A DNA stretch of 64,000 nucleotides from a virus. The notes beneath the pieces are model-generated. The model was not told where the DNA came from. It did not search any database and saw nothing but the letters and a program-made list of their open reading frames with translations. Shown here piece by piece: positions 51,723 to 60,380 of the stretch (position 1 is the stretch's first letter; every line of letters begins with the position of its first letter). Made by a program: the position numbers and the translations under genes. Location of the stretch: IMG/VR virus record IMGVR_UViG_3300037483_001670, positions 1 through 64,000 of that record; one strand, written 5' to 3'.

Positions 51723-53458
51723 TGCCCGCAGCAGCCGCAAGCGAGAGCGCATGGGGAACCGACAAGCCGCTGGCGGTCGCTGGCCTAACCAGCTACCGCT
51801 ACCGCGGTAGATTCGGGTGGGTAATGATCGGCGCGCGTGACAACGCGGATGCCTTGCGCGAGGCGGCGCGCAGCGTCGACAACGAGCCCGTGATCGACCA
51901 CCTCGAAGTTTGGAACGGCACGGCATACGAAGCCGCACGCTAAGACCACCGGTGGGAGCCAAACGGACAAGCATGGGTGTTTCTATTGCCAGGAGGGCAT
52001 ACCGGGAGCGCCTCTTTGCCGGGCTGTCGCCAAGCGGGAGGCGTGTGCACCTTGCGCGCGCCGATGGGTCGCCCGTCTGCGGCTCGAACGTCATTGCTGG
52101 GTGTCGCGTTCGAGCGCGCATCACGTGCCCCCAGTGTCGCGCCAAGCGCCCGCGGAAGGCGGCGCGCTGCGAAGGTCGCCCCCACATCGTCGGCGTGGAT
52201 TGGTCGCCGTACTATGCGGCGCTCGGCCGCGCGCTCGCCAACGGAGCGACACGCGAGCCGCCGGTCAAGGTCCGTTTTTGGCCGGTGCTGGCGAAGTTGG
52301 AGAGAACCGGATGAAGAACCCACGCGACCTGACCTCGGCGGAGCTCCTCGTGTCCCTGGCTGACTGGTGGCGCCGGGACCGCAAGTCCGAGGCCGTGCGG
52401 CGGAATATGGAGCCGCCGATGGTGGCGCTGCTCGACGAGGTTGTTCGTCGCGATCGGACCTGCACCTGCCTCAACAAGACGGGTCAGCATCCGATATCGT
52501 GTCCAGCAAGGGAGTCGTCGTGATCGGCGTTGGGGGTGCGTATGGCAAAGCTCTATCGCGTGAAGGTGCGGGCAATGGCCGAGACGACCGTAGTCGTGCG
52601 GGCTGAATCTATCACTGACGCGCAGAACGCAGCGCACGTGCTGGCACCATCGCGCCCGTGGATCGTGCGGGCGGGTCCGCGCGACATCGTGTCGATCGAC
52701 TACGACGAGGTGCAAGAGGTGTTGAGCGAGGTCGAGTGCGATGAGGCTCAAGCGAGGTGACGGCTGCGCGTACGCCCACCGATGCCGAGGTTCGCATTCT
52801 GGCGGTCCTCGCACGCATGCCCTACCTGGCGCTGCCCGAGGTAGCGGAGCCGACGCGGTCGCTGCGCGACGCGGTGAAGCTCGAGGGAGGCATGTCGCTC
52901 CGGCTCGAGCTCGTGGCCGACTACCTCGAGCGGCTCTGCGTCGTGCTCGAGGAGTTCAGCTTGCGCTACCAGGACAAGGAAATGCAGCTCGGCGATCTCT
53001 TGGCGGACATGCGATCGGTCGGGCGGGTCGTCCGGCTCGTCTGGGAGGAGCACAGCTGGGATCGTGAACGCAGGACGAAAGAGCGCGACGAGCGCAAAGG
53101 CAAAGGAGGCGGCGGACGTGGGTGAAACCAATCAGACGCAACTCGCGAAGGGTAAGGCAACGGCGGCGAAGATCGTGAAGCTCTTCGCGACGCGCCGCTT
53201 CTGTTACTACATCCCGCCCGACGGACTCGTCGAGGGCGATGGCTACCGGGTGTCGATCGTGTTCGAGCACGAGCCGGGACACTATCCGACTGGCGACTGG
53301 CCGTACGAGGCGAAGCTCGACCAGAAGATGCCCTGGTTTTGGGGGCACGACTACGCCGCCGCCGTCGCGATTGCGGACGAGTCGAACGACCGGATCGGCA
53401 TCGACAAGAAGACTTCCGTCGAGATCATCGCCTCGTCGATGGGCAAGGCGCGCAACTG

Positions 53459-53980
53459 ATGGCGACCCAGTTCAAGGTCAAACGTCGCATTGAGTCGGTG
53501 CGGTTCGTTGTGAGCGGATCGGGCGAGTTCCCGTTCGACCTGCTCCGCAAGCAGTGCTGCTTTCCGATCGTCGAGCACGATGCACGGCTGCTCGAGTCGA
53601 GCGGAGAGAGGCGGCTCGTTCTCGAGCATCGGGACAACGGGCAGGCTCCCGCCATGTCCGTGTGGCGCGACGCGCGCTGGCCCGTTGTGGAAATTCTCGA
53701 CGATTGGGCGCCCGGGCTCAAGAACTACAAGCTGAAGCGGGCCGTCGAAGCGGTGCGATTCGTCGTGCAGGGCGGCGGGGACTTCCCCTTCGACATGCTG
53801 CGCTACGACTGCTGTTTCCCGGTCCACGAGGCCGAAGCGAAGGATCTCGGCAATCGCGGGCCGAAGCTGGTGACGCTCGAGCATCGCGGCAACGGGATGG
53901 CGCCCACGGCTGGCAGGTGGAGCTCGTTCCTGTGGAAAGTGGTCGACATCGTCGCGACGCGCGATTGGGTGACGCCGTGA
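53459..53980 (+). CDS. Protein made of two tandem copies of an FPFDMLRYDCCFP-type domain
   Basis: GSGEFPFDLLRKQCCFP and GGGDFPFDMLRYDCCFP repeats. Confidence 0.75.
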   Translation: MATQFKVKRRIESVRFVVSGSGEFPFDLLRKQCCFPIVEHDARLLESSGERRLVLEHRDNGQAPAMSVWRDARWPVVEILDDWAPGLKNYKLKRAVEAVRFVVQGGGDFPFDMLRYDCCFPVHEAEAKDLGNRGPKLVTLEHRGNGMAPTAGRWSSFLWKVVDIVATRDWVTP

Positions 53981-54301
53981 GCATGCGCCGACGCGACCGC
54001 GCGGCGCGCCTCCGCGCCGAGCTGAAGAAGCTCGAGGCCTTTCGTGGCGACGCGCGCATCTTCGTCGACGCGCTGGAGAACCGCATGCCGTCCACGTTCG
54101 CGTCGATCGTGTGCGAGGACATTGACGACGCGCCGGCAACGCCGGATGAAGAGGTGCGCCAGCTCGCCGACTCCGTTCTCCGTGAATCGCTCTTGGGCGC
54201 GCTCGTGCAGTACGAGCAAGCGCTGAAGGCCAGGCTCGAAGAAGTCTCTCGGAAGAAGCTGGTGGTCTGATGGTGCTCGGCAAGCCGTGGTGGAGGTGGG
54301 C

Positions 54302-54913
54302 ATGAAAGTTCGCAACGCAACGGCGTACAACACGAGAGACCTGCGCCGCTTCTTTGCGGCCGGCCTCCGCGCCATGAACGCGAAGCCCGACAAGGTCATC
54401 GAGGTGAAGTACATCACCGGCGGCCGGCACATCTGCTGGGCCTCTCTCGGCAGCGTGACCCGGACGACCGTGGTGCACGAGGGCGATGTGGTGACGCGGC
54501 CATTTCGAACGGTCGAAGGCCGGTGGATTCGGATGCTTTTGCCGAAGCCTGGCCTCCCGATCGATTACCGCTGGTTCGCCCGCGTGTTCGAACATGAAGT
54601 TCATCACAATAAGGGCGCCACGCATCGCGAGATGACCCAGCATCAGAAGGACTGCGATCTCCCGCTCCCCGAGTGGGCCGCGGGTCTCGAGATCCGTGAG
54701 GTGCAGGTGTTGGAGTTGAGCGTGGGCGAGCGCAAGGCGCTGCGGGCGCAGAAGCGCGAGGAGCACGCCCGGGCGAAGCTCGCGGCGGCGCTCCGCAAAA
54801 AGAAGTTGATCGAGACCCTTATCAAACGCTGGCGCAAACGCGTGTATTACTACGACCGCAAGATGGCGGCGAAACGAGGAGCCCATGCCGAAAAGCCAAG
54901 CAGCGAAGAGTGA
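54302..54913 (+). CDS. SprT-like HExxH metallopeptidase-domain protein
   Basis: FARVFEHEVHHNKG. Confidence 0.6.
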   Translation: MKVRNATAYNTRDLRRFFAAGLRAMNAKPDKVIEVKYITGGRHICWASLGSVTRTTVVHEGDVVTRPFRTVEGRWIRMLLPKPGLPIDYRWFARVFEHEVHHNKGATHREMTQHQKDCDLPLPEWAAGLEIREVQVLELSVGERKALRAQKREEHARAKLAAALRKKKLIETLIKRWRKRVYYYDRKMAAKRGAHAEKPSSEE

Positions 54914-55273
54914 GAAGAAGAAGCCTCCGATGCGCAGGTTTTGGGTGCAGATGGAGGTCGAGGTCATGGTCTCGCAGGCGTTGCTCGATTCGGTGCTGAC
55001 CGAAGAGTGGCGCTCGATCATGTACCCGACCGTCAACACGCCGGCTCTCGTGGCGGAGCATATCGCGTTCAACTTGGTGCAGGGTCGAGGCCTGACCAAC
55101 TTGGACGGGTTTGCGGACCAGAAGGAGGATGCCGCTACGTGCACCGATCCGGAAGTCGTCGACTCGCACGAGCTCGAGCTGTTCAAGAGAGGCGTGCGCC
55201 CTCGGATCAAAAAAGCAAAAAAGTCTGCACGAGGAAGGCCCGTCGCGCGCACAAGGTGACGGGAGGCCACCAA

Positions 55274-57265
55274 ATGCGAGAAGAATATCGGTCCAAGAAA
55301 TTCACGACGGAGTCGCTCGATCGTATCGGGCAGTGCAACGAGATCATCGACGACTACGCGGCGCAAGGTCTGCGGCTGACCTTGCGGCAGCTCTTCTACC
55401 AGCTCGTCTCGCGGGCGCTTCTCTCGAACGAGCAGCGGAGCTACAAGAATTTGTCGACGCTCGTTAGCGACGCCCGGCTGGCGGGCCTGATGGACTGGGA
55501 TGCCATCGAGGACCGCGGAAGGCAACCGCGGGCCGCGTCGGAGTTCAAAGACCTGGCCGAGCTCGCCGAGGCGGCGATTCAGAGCTACCGCCTGCCTCGC
55601 TGGCACAACCAGGACTCCTATGCGGAATTGTGGTGTTTTCCACCAACGACGCTGGTTACCACGCCGGATGGCGTTGCGCCCATTGCGGCACTCGAAGTCG
55701 GAGATCTGGTCATCGACGCTCAGGGCGTTGCTCGACGGGTGCGCAGCCTGTTTCGGCGCCGCTATGTTGGTCGCTTGGTCGAGGTGCGAGCGCGGGGGCT
55801 ATTGCCATTTTGTCTTACGCCGAACCACCCGGTACGGGTGGAGCAGTGGACCGGGACAGGAGTGGGCAGCTCTCGTGGTTATTCGCCGCGCGAATTTGTG
55901 CGAGCCGATCGTTTGCGGAAGCATGATCTTGTCATCGTGCCACGCGTCGGTCTGGTGCGTGACCGGCGGACGCTGCGCATGGCTGGAGGACCAAGGACGG
56001 TCAATACACCAACGGTGAAGGTCGATAGCGCGTTCTGCTCCGTAGCTGGGCTGTATCTGGCCGAAGGCAGTGTGCGCGGCGATGGGCGGACTTTGCAGTT
56101 CACGTTTCATCGGAAAGAAACGGCGTACGCCGAGGTGGTCAAGGCCTGGGCCACCGTTGCCGGATTTAAGTGGAGCGAAGCTTTCGGCGCAGGGACAAGA
56201 ATCGTGTACGTCTTCGGTAAAGCTGCGGCCAAGTTCTTCGGAGACGCTTTCGGCTCTGGGTCGTGGAACAAGCGGTTCCCGTTGTGGGCGATGACGCTGC
56301 CGCACGCCAAACAGATGAAAATGTTGGAATACTATTTTCGTGGCGATGGCTCGCTCTGGGACGTTAGTCGTTCAGCATTGTCCGTGGGTACCCGTAGTGA
56401 AACATTGGCAAGGCAGGTGCAACTCGTATTGATGCGATGCGGCCACGCTGCGTCGCTCTGCGTTGTTCAAGATCATGGGCAACCGTTTTTTCGCGTGACG
56501 ATCGGCGGTGTCAACGCGGCTGCGGTTGGCAAAAAATGGAGCCTACCTTTGCCAGTTCGTAAGTACAGATTCTCGCACATGAAAGTGCGTGTCGACGGCG
56601 TGGCGTGTCCGATTGGTACCCTTCGTGAGGTGCCGTACGAAGGGGACGTCTACAATATCGAGGTCGAGAAGACGAACTCCTATTGTGTTCCGTGTGCCGT
56701 GCATAACTGTGAAAAAGACGCTCTGGCCGGCATCTTGTGGCCGCTCGCACGTCAGTTTCACGTGTCCCTGCAAGTGAATAAGGGTTACTCGTCCCAATCG
56801 GCAATGTACGAGGCGGCCGCCCGCTTTAAGGCGAAGGAGTACTACGAGAACACGTCGACCGAGCCTGCGCATTCCGTTCAGCGCCGACTCGTGCTGCTCT
56901 ACCTCGGCGACCACGACCCGTCCGGCGAGGACATGGTGCGCGACATCCGGGAGCGGCTCAGCATGTTCGGGGTCGAGGTCGACGTGCGCAAGATCGCACT
57001 GACGATTCGGCAGGTGCGTCAGTACAACCCGCCGCCGAACCCCGCCAAGATTACGGACCCGCGCGCGGTCGATTACATCCGCAAGCACGGCGAGAAGTCG
57101 TGGGAGGTCGACGCGCTGCCGCCCGAGGTGCTGTCGCAGTTGATCCGCGCGGCGTTCGCCGAGCTTGTCGACGAGAGCGAGCTCCGGCGGGTGCTCAAGC
57201 TGGAGGAGCGTGACAAGAAGCGACTACGCAAGGCCGTCGAGAAGCTCACGGATCAGGCCAAATGA
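55274..57265 (+). CDS. Toprim-domain protein (Topo VI-A/DUF2399-like) interrupted by an intein
   Basis: LTLRQLFYQLV, YKNLSTLVSDARLAG, W|C-EKDAL, NKGYSS, YLGDHDPSGEDM, WEVDALPP. Confidence 0.85.
   Translation: MREEYRSKKFTTESLDRIGQCNEIIDDYAAQGLRLTLRQLFYQLVSRALLSNEQRSYKNLSTLVSDARLAGLMDWDAIEDRGRQPRAASEFKDLAELAEAAIQSYRLPRWHNQDSYAELWCFPPTTLVTTPDGVAPIAALEVGDLVIDAQGVARRVRSLFRRRYVGRLVEVRARGLLPFCLTPNHPVRVEQWTGTGVGSSRGYSPREFVRADRLRKHDLVIVPRVGLVRDRRTLRMAGGPRTVNTPTVKVDSAFCSVAGLYLAEGSVRGDGRTLQFTFHRKETAYAEVVKAWATVAGFKWSEAFGAGTRIVYVFGKAAAKFFGDAFGSGSWNKRFPLWAMTLPHAKQMKMLEYYFRGDGSLWDVSRSALSVGTRSETLARQVQLVLMRCGHAASLCVVQDHGQPFFRVTIGGVNAAAVGKKWSLPLPVRKYRFSHMKVRVDGVACPIGTLREVPYEGDVYNIEVEKTNSYCVPCAVHNCEKDALAGILWPLARQFHVSLQVNKGYSSQSAMYEAAARFKAKEYYENTSTEPAHSVQRRLVLLYLGDHDPSGEDMVRDIRERLSMFGVEVDVRKIALTIRQVRQYNPPPNPAKITDPRAVDYIRKHGEKSWEVDALPPEVLSQLIRAAFAELVDESELRRVLKLEERDKKRLRKAVEKLTDQAK
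55634..56707 (+). mobile_element. Intein (358 aa) with LAGLIDADG homing endonuclease
   Basis: Starts CFPPTTLVTT and ends VYNIEVEKTNSYCVPCAVHN before +1 Cys; GLYLAEGS and EYYFRGDGS motifs; visibly more AT-rich codons. Confidence 0.92.
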
Positions 57266-57350
57266 ACGTTCTGTTTTGGCTGGCTATTGTGGCTTTCATT
57301 GCGTTCATCGTCTTCGAGATGGTGAGGGGGCACGACGACGGAGGAAGCCC

Positions 57351-57641
57351 ATGAAAACGAAGAAGAAGGCGGCCAAGCTCAAGCGTCATCGGTTGACGAC
57401 GGCTCTCGATCGCCACGAGCTTCGCCAGTTCAAGAAAGTCGCGAAGTTCGTGCGGGGGCACTGCGGTCCGGTCTCGGACGCCGAGGTGCTCCGCTACCTC
57501 GTGCGGAATTGGAGCGAGTCGTCCACGACGACCTGGTTTGTCGACACGGTGAACGGCAACGACACGAACGACGGACTCACCTCGAAGACGCCGCTCCGCA
57601 CGCCAGGGGAGCTGCGGCGGCGCATGGGAGTGGACCGGTGA
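57351..57641 (+). CDS. RHH-like protein fused to a WFVDTVNGNDTNDG motif
   Basis: GGAGG RBS; see findings. Confidence 0.6.
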   Translation: MKTKKKAAKLKRHRLTTALDRHELRQFKKVAKFVRGHCGPVSDAEVLRYLVRNWSESSTTTWFVDTVNGNDTNDGLTSKTPLRTPGELRRRMGVDR

Positions 57642-58111
57642 GCGACCCTACGTCACCGCGGTGCTTTTACTTCGGTTGCTGGAACCAGGCGGGGCACTAC
57701 CTGCGCGCGCCCGGTGGCCGTTCGTCCAAAGACGCTTACTCCATCGAGTACTACGGGGAGGGTGTGCACCTCGACGGGACGCTCGCGCCGAGAAAGATGC
57801 ACCGCACGGGAGAGCTGTGCTGGGCCGGCATGGGCTCGTCGGTTACCAAACGGCAGCGTATCTCGTACGACTCGGACGAGTACAAGCAGGGCCTGTTCTT
57901 GCGGCACGAGCTCAGCACCGGGTTTACGGCCATCCAGTGGTGGGATCGCTGTCAGGGCGACAGCCGCGGGGCGTGCAACAGCACGATCCTGCTCGAGGGC
58001 AAGCGCCCGACCGCCGAGATGTTGGCCGCGTTGGAGACGCATTTTCCCCACGTGCTCGCGAACCTGACCCGCGCCGGGGTGGTCCTCGTCGAGGTCATCC
58101 CGCCAGCGTGA
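57638..58111 (+). CDS. Hypothetical phage protein
   Basis: YFGCWNQAGHYL...FTAIQWWDRCQGDSRGACNS. Confidence 0.7.
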   Translation: MSDPTSPRCFYFGCWNQAGHYLRAPGGRSSKDAYSIEYYGEGVHLDGTLAPRKMHRTGELCWAGMGSSVTKRQRISYDSDEYKQGLFLRHELSTGFTAIQWWDRCQGDSRGACNSTILLEGKRPTAEMLAALETHFPHVLANLTRAGVVLVEVIPPA

Positions 58112-58294
58112 GCCTTTTCTCTGGCTGCTACTCCGGCTCGGTGTCGTGCATCGAGTGCGCCGGCACCGGCGCCGAGCATTTCTGCGACATGGATCCCGAC
58201 AGCCCGACGTACCTGTGGTGCGTACAGTGTCGGTGTCCCGACGACCCAAAAAAGCCGAACGGCACGGGCGCGAATCCGGGTAATGTGGAAAGTC

Positions 58295-58861
58295 ATGAAA
58301 GCCGCGTGCCTGCTCCTGCTCCTGAGCCTTTTGATGTTGACGAGTTCATGTGAGCCGTCGTGCCGTGCGGCGCGGTGGGGCTACAGCATTTCGAACGGCG
58401 TGACCTACGAGGTCGCGCCGACGTCGACCACGCCGGGCGGTATCAAGTACGACGCGACGGGCCAGAACGTGCCGCCCGAGCTCATCGACCGGTTGACGCG
58501 CGAGGTCGGCGACTGCCTGAAGATGTCGATCGATCCCGCGTCGTTCGTCGTGAAGATTCCGGCGGGCTGGTCGAAGTCGTGCGACGGCTCGCAGGAGATG
58601 CTTCCGTCAGGCGCCCCTGAGATCGGGTGCATGGCGAAGGGTCTCGGTGACCCAGATCCGAAGTGTCCGTGCCGCTGGCGCGCGCTCATCCAGTGCCCGA
58701 ACACGATCGTTGCGACGCCGAGCCTCTATTTGTTCAAGGACGCGCTCACGCGGTTCGTGACCGGTTCGGTCAACCCGTGGGCCGATCCAAAGCTCGTCGC
58801 GTGCGCGTCGCCGAGCACGCCTCCTCTCAGTTCGTATCCACCGCTCACCTCGGGAACGTAA
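58295..58861 (+). CDS. Putative Cys-rich lipoprotein or exported protein
   Basis: MKAACLLLLLSLLMLTSSC signal. Confidence 0.7.
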   Translation: MKAACLLLLLSLLMLTSSCEPSCRAARWGYSISNGVTYEVAPTSTTPGGIKYDATGQNVPPELIDRLTREVGDCLKMSIDPASFVVKIPAGWSKSCDGSQEMLPSGAPEIGCMAKGLGDPDPKCPCRWRALIQCPNTIVATPSLYLFKDALTRFVTGSVNPWADPKLVACASPSTPPLSSYPPLTSGT

Positions 58862-59168
58862 GATGCCGAAGCTTCCGTACGTCGCGCCGAAACTGCGCGA
58901 GCTCGACCTGCACGAAGAAATCGCGAAGCAGATAAGCCGTGAGCTCCATGGACCGGACTCCGGTCGGTGGACGAGTGAACGGCCAGGCGATGCAGCGGTG
59001 CAGCATCTGAAGCACTACATCGAAGGCTACCGCTCTCGCATCTTCGGCCTCAGCGACTGCCCCTACTCGCCGGGCAGCGCGCGCGGTCTCTCGTGGCTGC
59101 GTGGGTGGACGATCGCCGGCATCGATTTGCCGAGGCCGAACGCCGCGACGGGGTAAGCTTGCAGCCGC

Positions 59169-59194
59169 TAGTACGAACGTGATAGTACGATCGT
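59169..59194. promoter_or_regulatory. Tandem 14-bp operator-like boxes
   Basis: TAGTACGAACGTGA TAGTACGATCGT upstream of 59199..59612. Confidence 0.75.
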
Positions 59195-59198
59195 CACG

Positions 59199-59612
59199 AT
59201 GACGTTCGACCCCGCGGTGCACTTCCAGATCGCCGACGACCCGCGCAAGGTGGCGCTCCTCTTGGACCCGGTCGCGACCGATCCGAAACCGACAACGATT
59301 GCGGAGCTGCTCGAGTTCGGGGAAGACACGATCGTCGTGGGCACGCATTTCTCCGACGACATCTTTCGCACCACGTTCGATCGGTTTACCGGGCTCGCGC
59401 TCGACAATGGGCGACTGAAGACCAACACGATTCCGCCGAAGGAGCTCGCTCGCCTCGAGCGCTTTGCGGCCGAAGGGGCGTACAAGACGAGGCCAGCCGA
59501 GTGGGGCCAAGTGACTCCGGCAGCAGCGACACCGGCCCAGGTCCCGGTTCACGCGTCTGCTCCTGCTCCGGTGGCAGCCGAGGCAGCGTTCGATCCCGAT
59601 GCGTTCCTGTGA
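59199..59612 (+). CDS. Hypothetical protein
   Basis: ORF directly after the operator motif. Confidence 0.65.
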   Translation: MTFDPAVHFQIADDPRKVALLLDPVATDPKPTTIAELLEFGEDTIVVGTHFSDDIFRTTFDRFTGLALDNGRLKTNTIPPKELARLERFAAEGAYKTRPAEWGQVTPAAATPAQVPVHASAPAPVAAEAAFDPDAFL

Positions 59613-60034
59613 GTGAGAGCGGGGAGGCGCTCGCGGTAGCGTTCGAGCCGCCACCGGCCGATGGGCCACCGCTTGCGTCGACCGCTCTGGTCTGCGATCA
59701 CTGCGGTGCGCCTTGCAACATGGCCGAGTACGTGACCGAGCACGTGACGCGCGTCGTGGACGGGTGGGCGGCGCCCGGCGGCCTCGGACCGGAGAAGCTG
59801 ACGCGCAAGGAGCTCCTGGTCACGCATCTTTTGCTGCGAGGCTACATGGTCGACGAGCTCGCGACCGTGTTGGGTAACACGACGAAAACGGTGAAGTGCC
59901 ACATCACGTCGATCTATCGGAAGCTCGGCATTCAGGCTCGCCATGAGCTCTTCGCGCGAGTCTTCGGGTTCGACGACATGCCGATGCCGGAGAGCGCGTG
60001 GCAGAACCAAAACCCGCGCTGTCCGCAGGTCTGA
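59609..60034 (+). CDS. LuxR/NarL-type HTH regulator with N-terminal CxxC
   Basis: LTRKELLVTHLLLRGY..ELATVLGNTTKTVKCHITSIYRKLGI. Confidence 0.85.
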   Translation: MSESGEALAVAFEPPPADGPPLASTALVCDHCGAPCNMAEYVTEHVTRVVDGWAAPGGLGPEKLTRKELLVTHLLLRGYMVDELATVLGNTTKTVKCHITSIYRKLGIQARHELFARVFGFDDMPMPESAWQNQNPRCPQV

Positions 60035-60053
60035 TCGAAAACTTGCCGTGCAA

Positions 60054-60081
60054 GTTACGATCGTGCTAGTACGATCGTAAC
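60054..60081. promoter_or_regulatory. Operator-like inverted/tandem motif at the promoter of the type V locus
   Basis: GTTACGATCGT-GCTAGT-ACGATCGTAAC; TACGAT -10-like hexamer. Confidence 0.75.
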
Positions 60082-60082
60082 G

Positions 60083-60380
60083 ATGTCAAATCGTCGAACA
60101 GCGGTAGCAAGGTCCGCGTCTCTGCCGTACGGGTCGACTCCACGACCCTTAGGCGACGAAGCTGGGGAACATGACGGCCCTCGGGCCGAGGAAGCAAGCT
60201 CGCCAGCGCTCGCTATAAAGTCGCACGTTGGTGCATCTGTCCCAACCTTCCCCCTCGTGATTGATTCGAAAGAACTGATCGTCGGTCTTGGGGACAACCG
60301 TGGCCAGGTGCTCGAGGGCCCCACGCTCTCGAATCAACCAACAAGTGACACTCCCACGCACCCTCCCGCAAGGGAGGAGG
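60083..60380 (+). ncRNA. Candidate tracrRNA-like structured RNA overlapping the atypical 5' part of the effector ORF
   Basis: Hairpins GGGTCG-ACTCCA-CGACCC, GGCCC-TC-GGGCC and CCTCCC-GCAA-GGGAGG; ACTCCCACGCA is complementary to repeat TGCAGTGGGAGT with one bulge. Confidence 0.45.
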
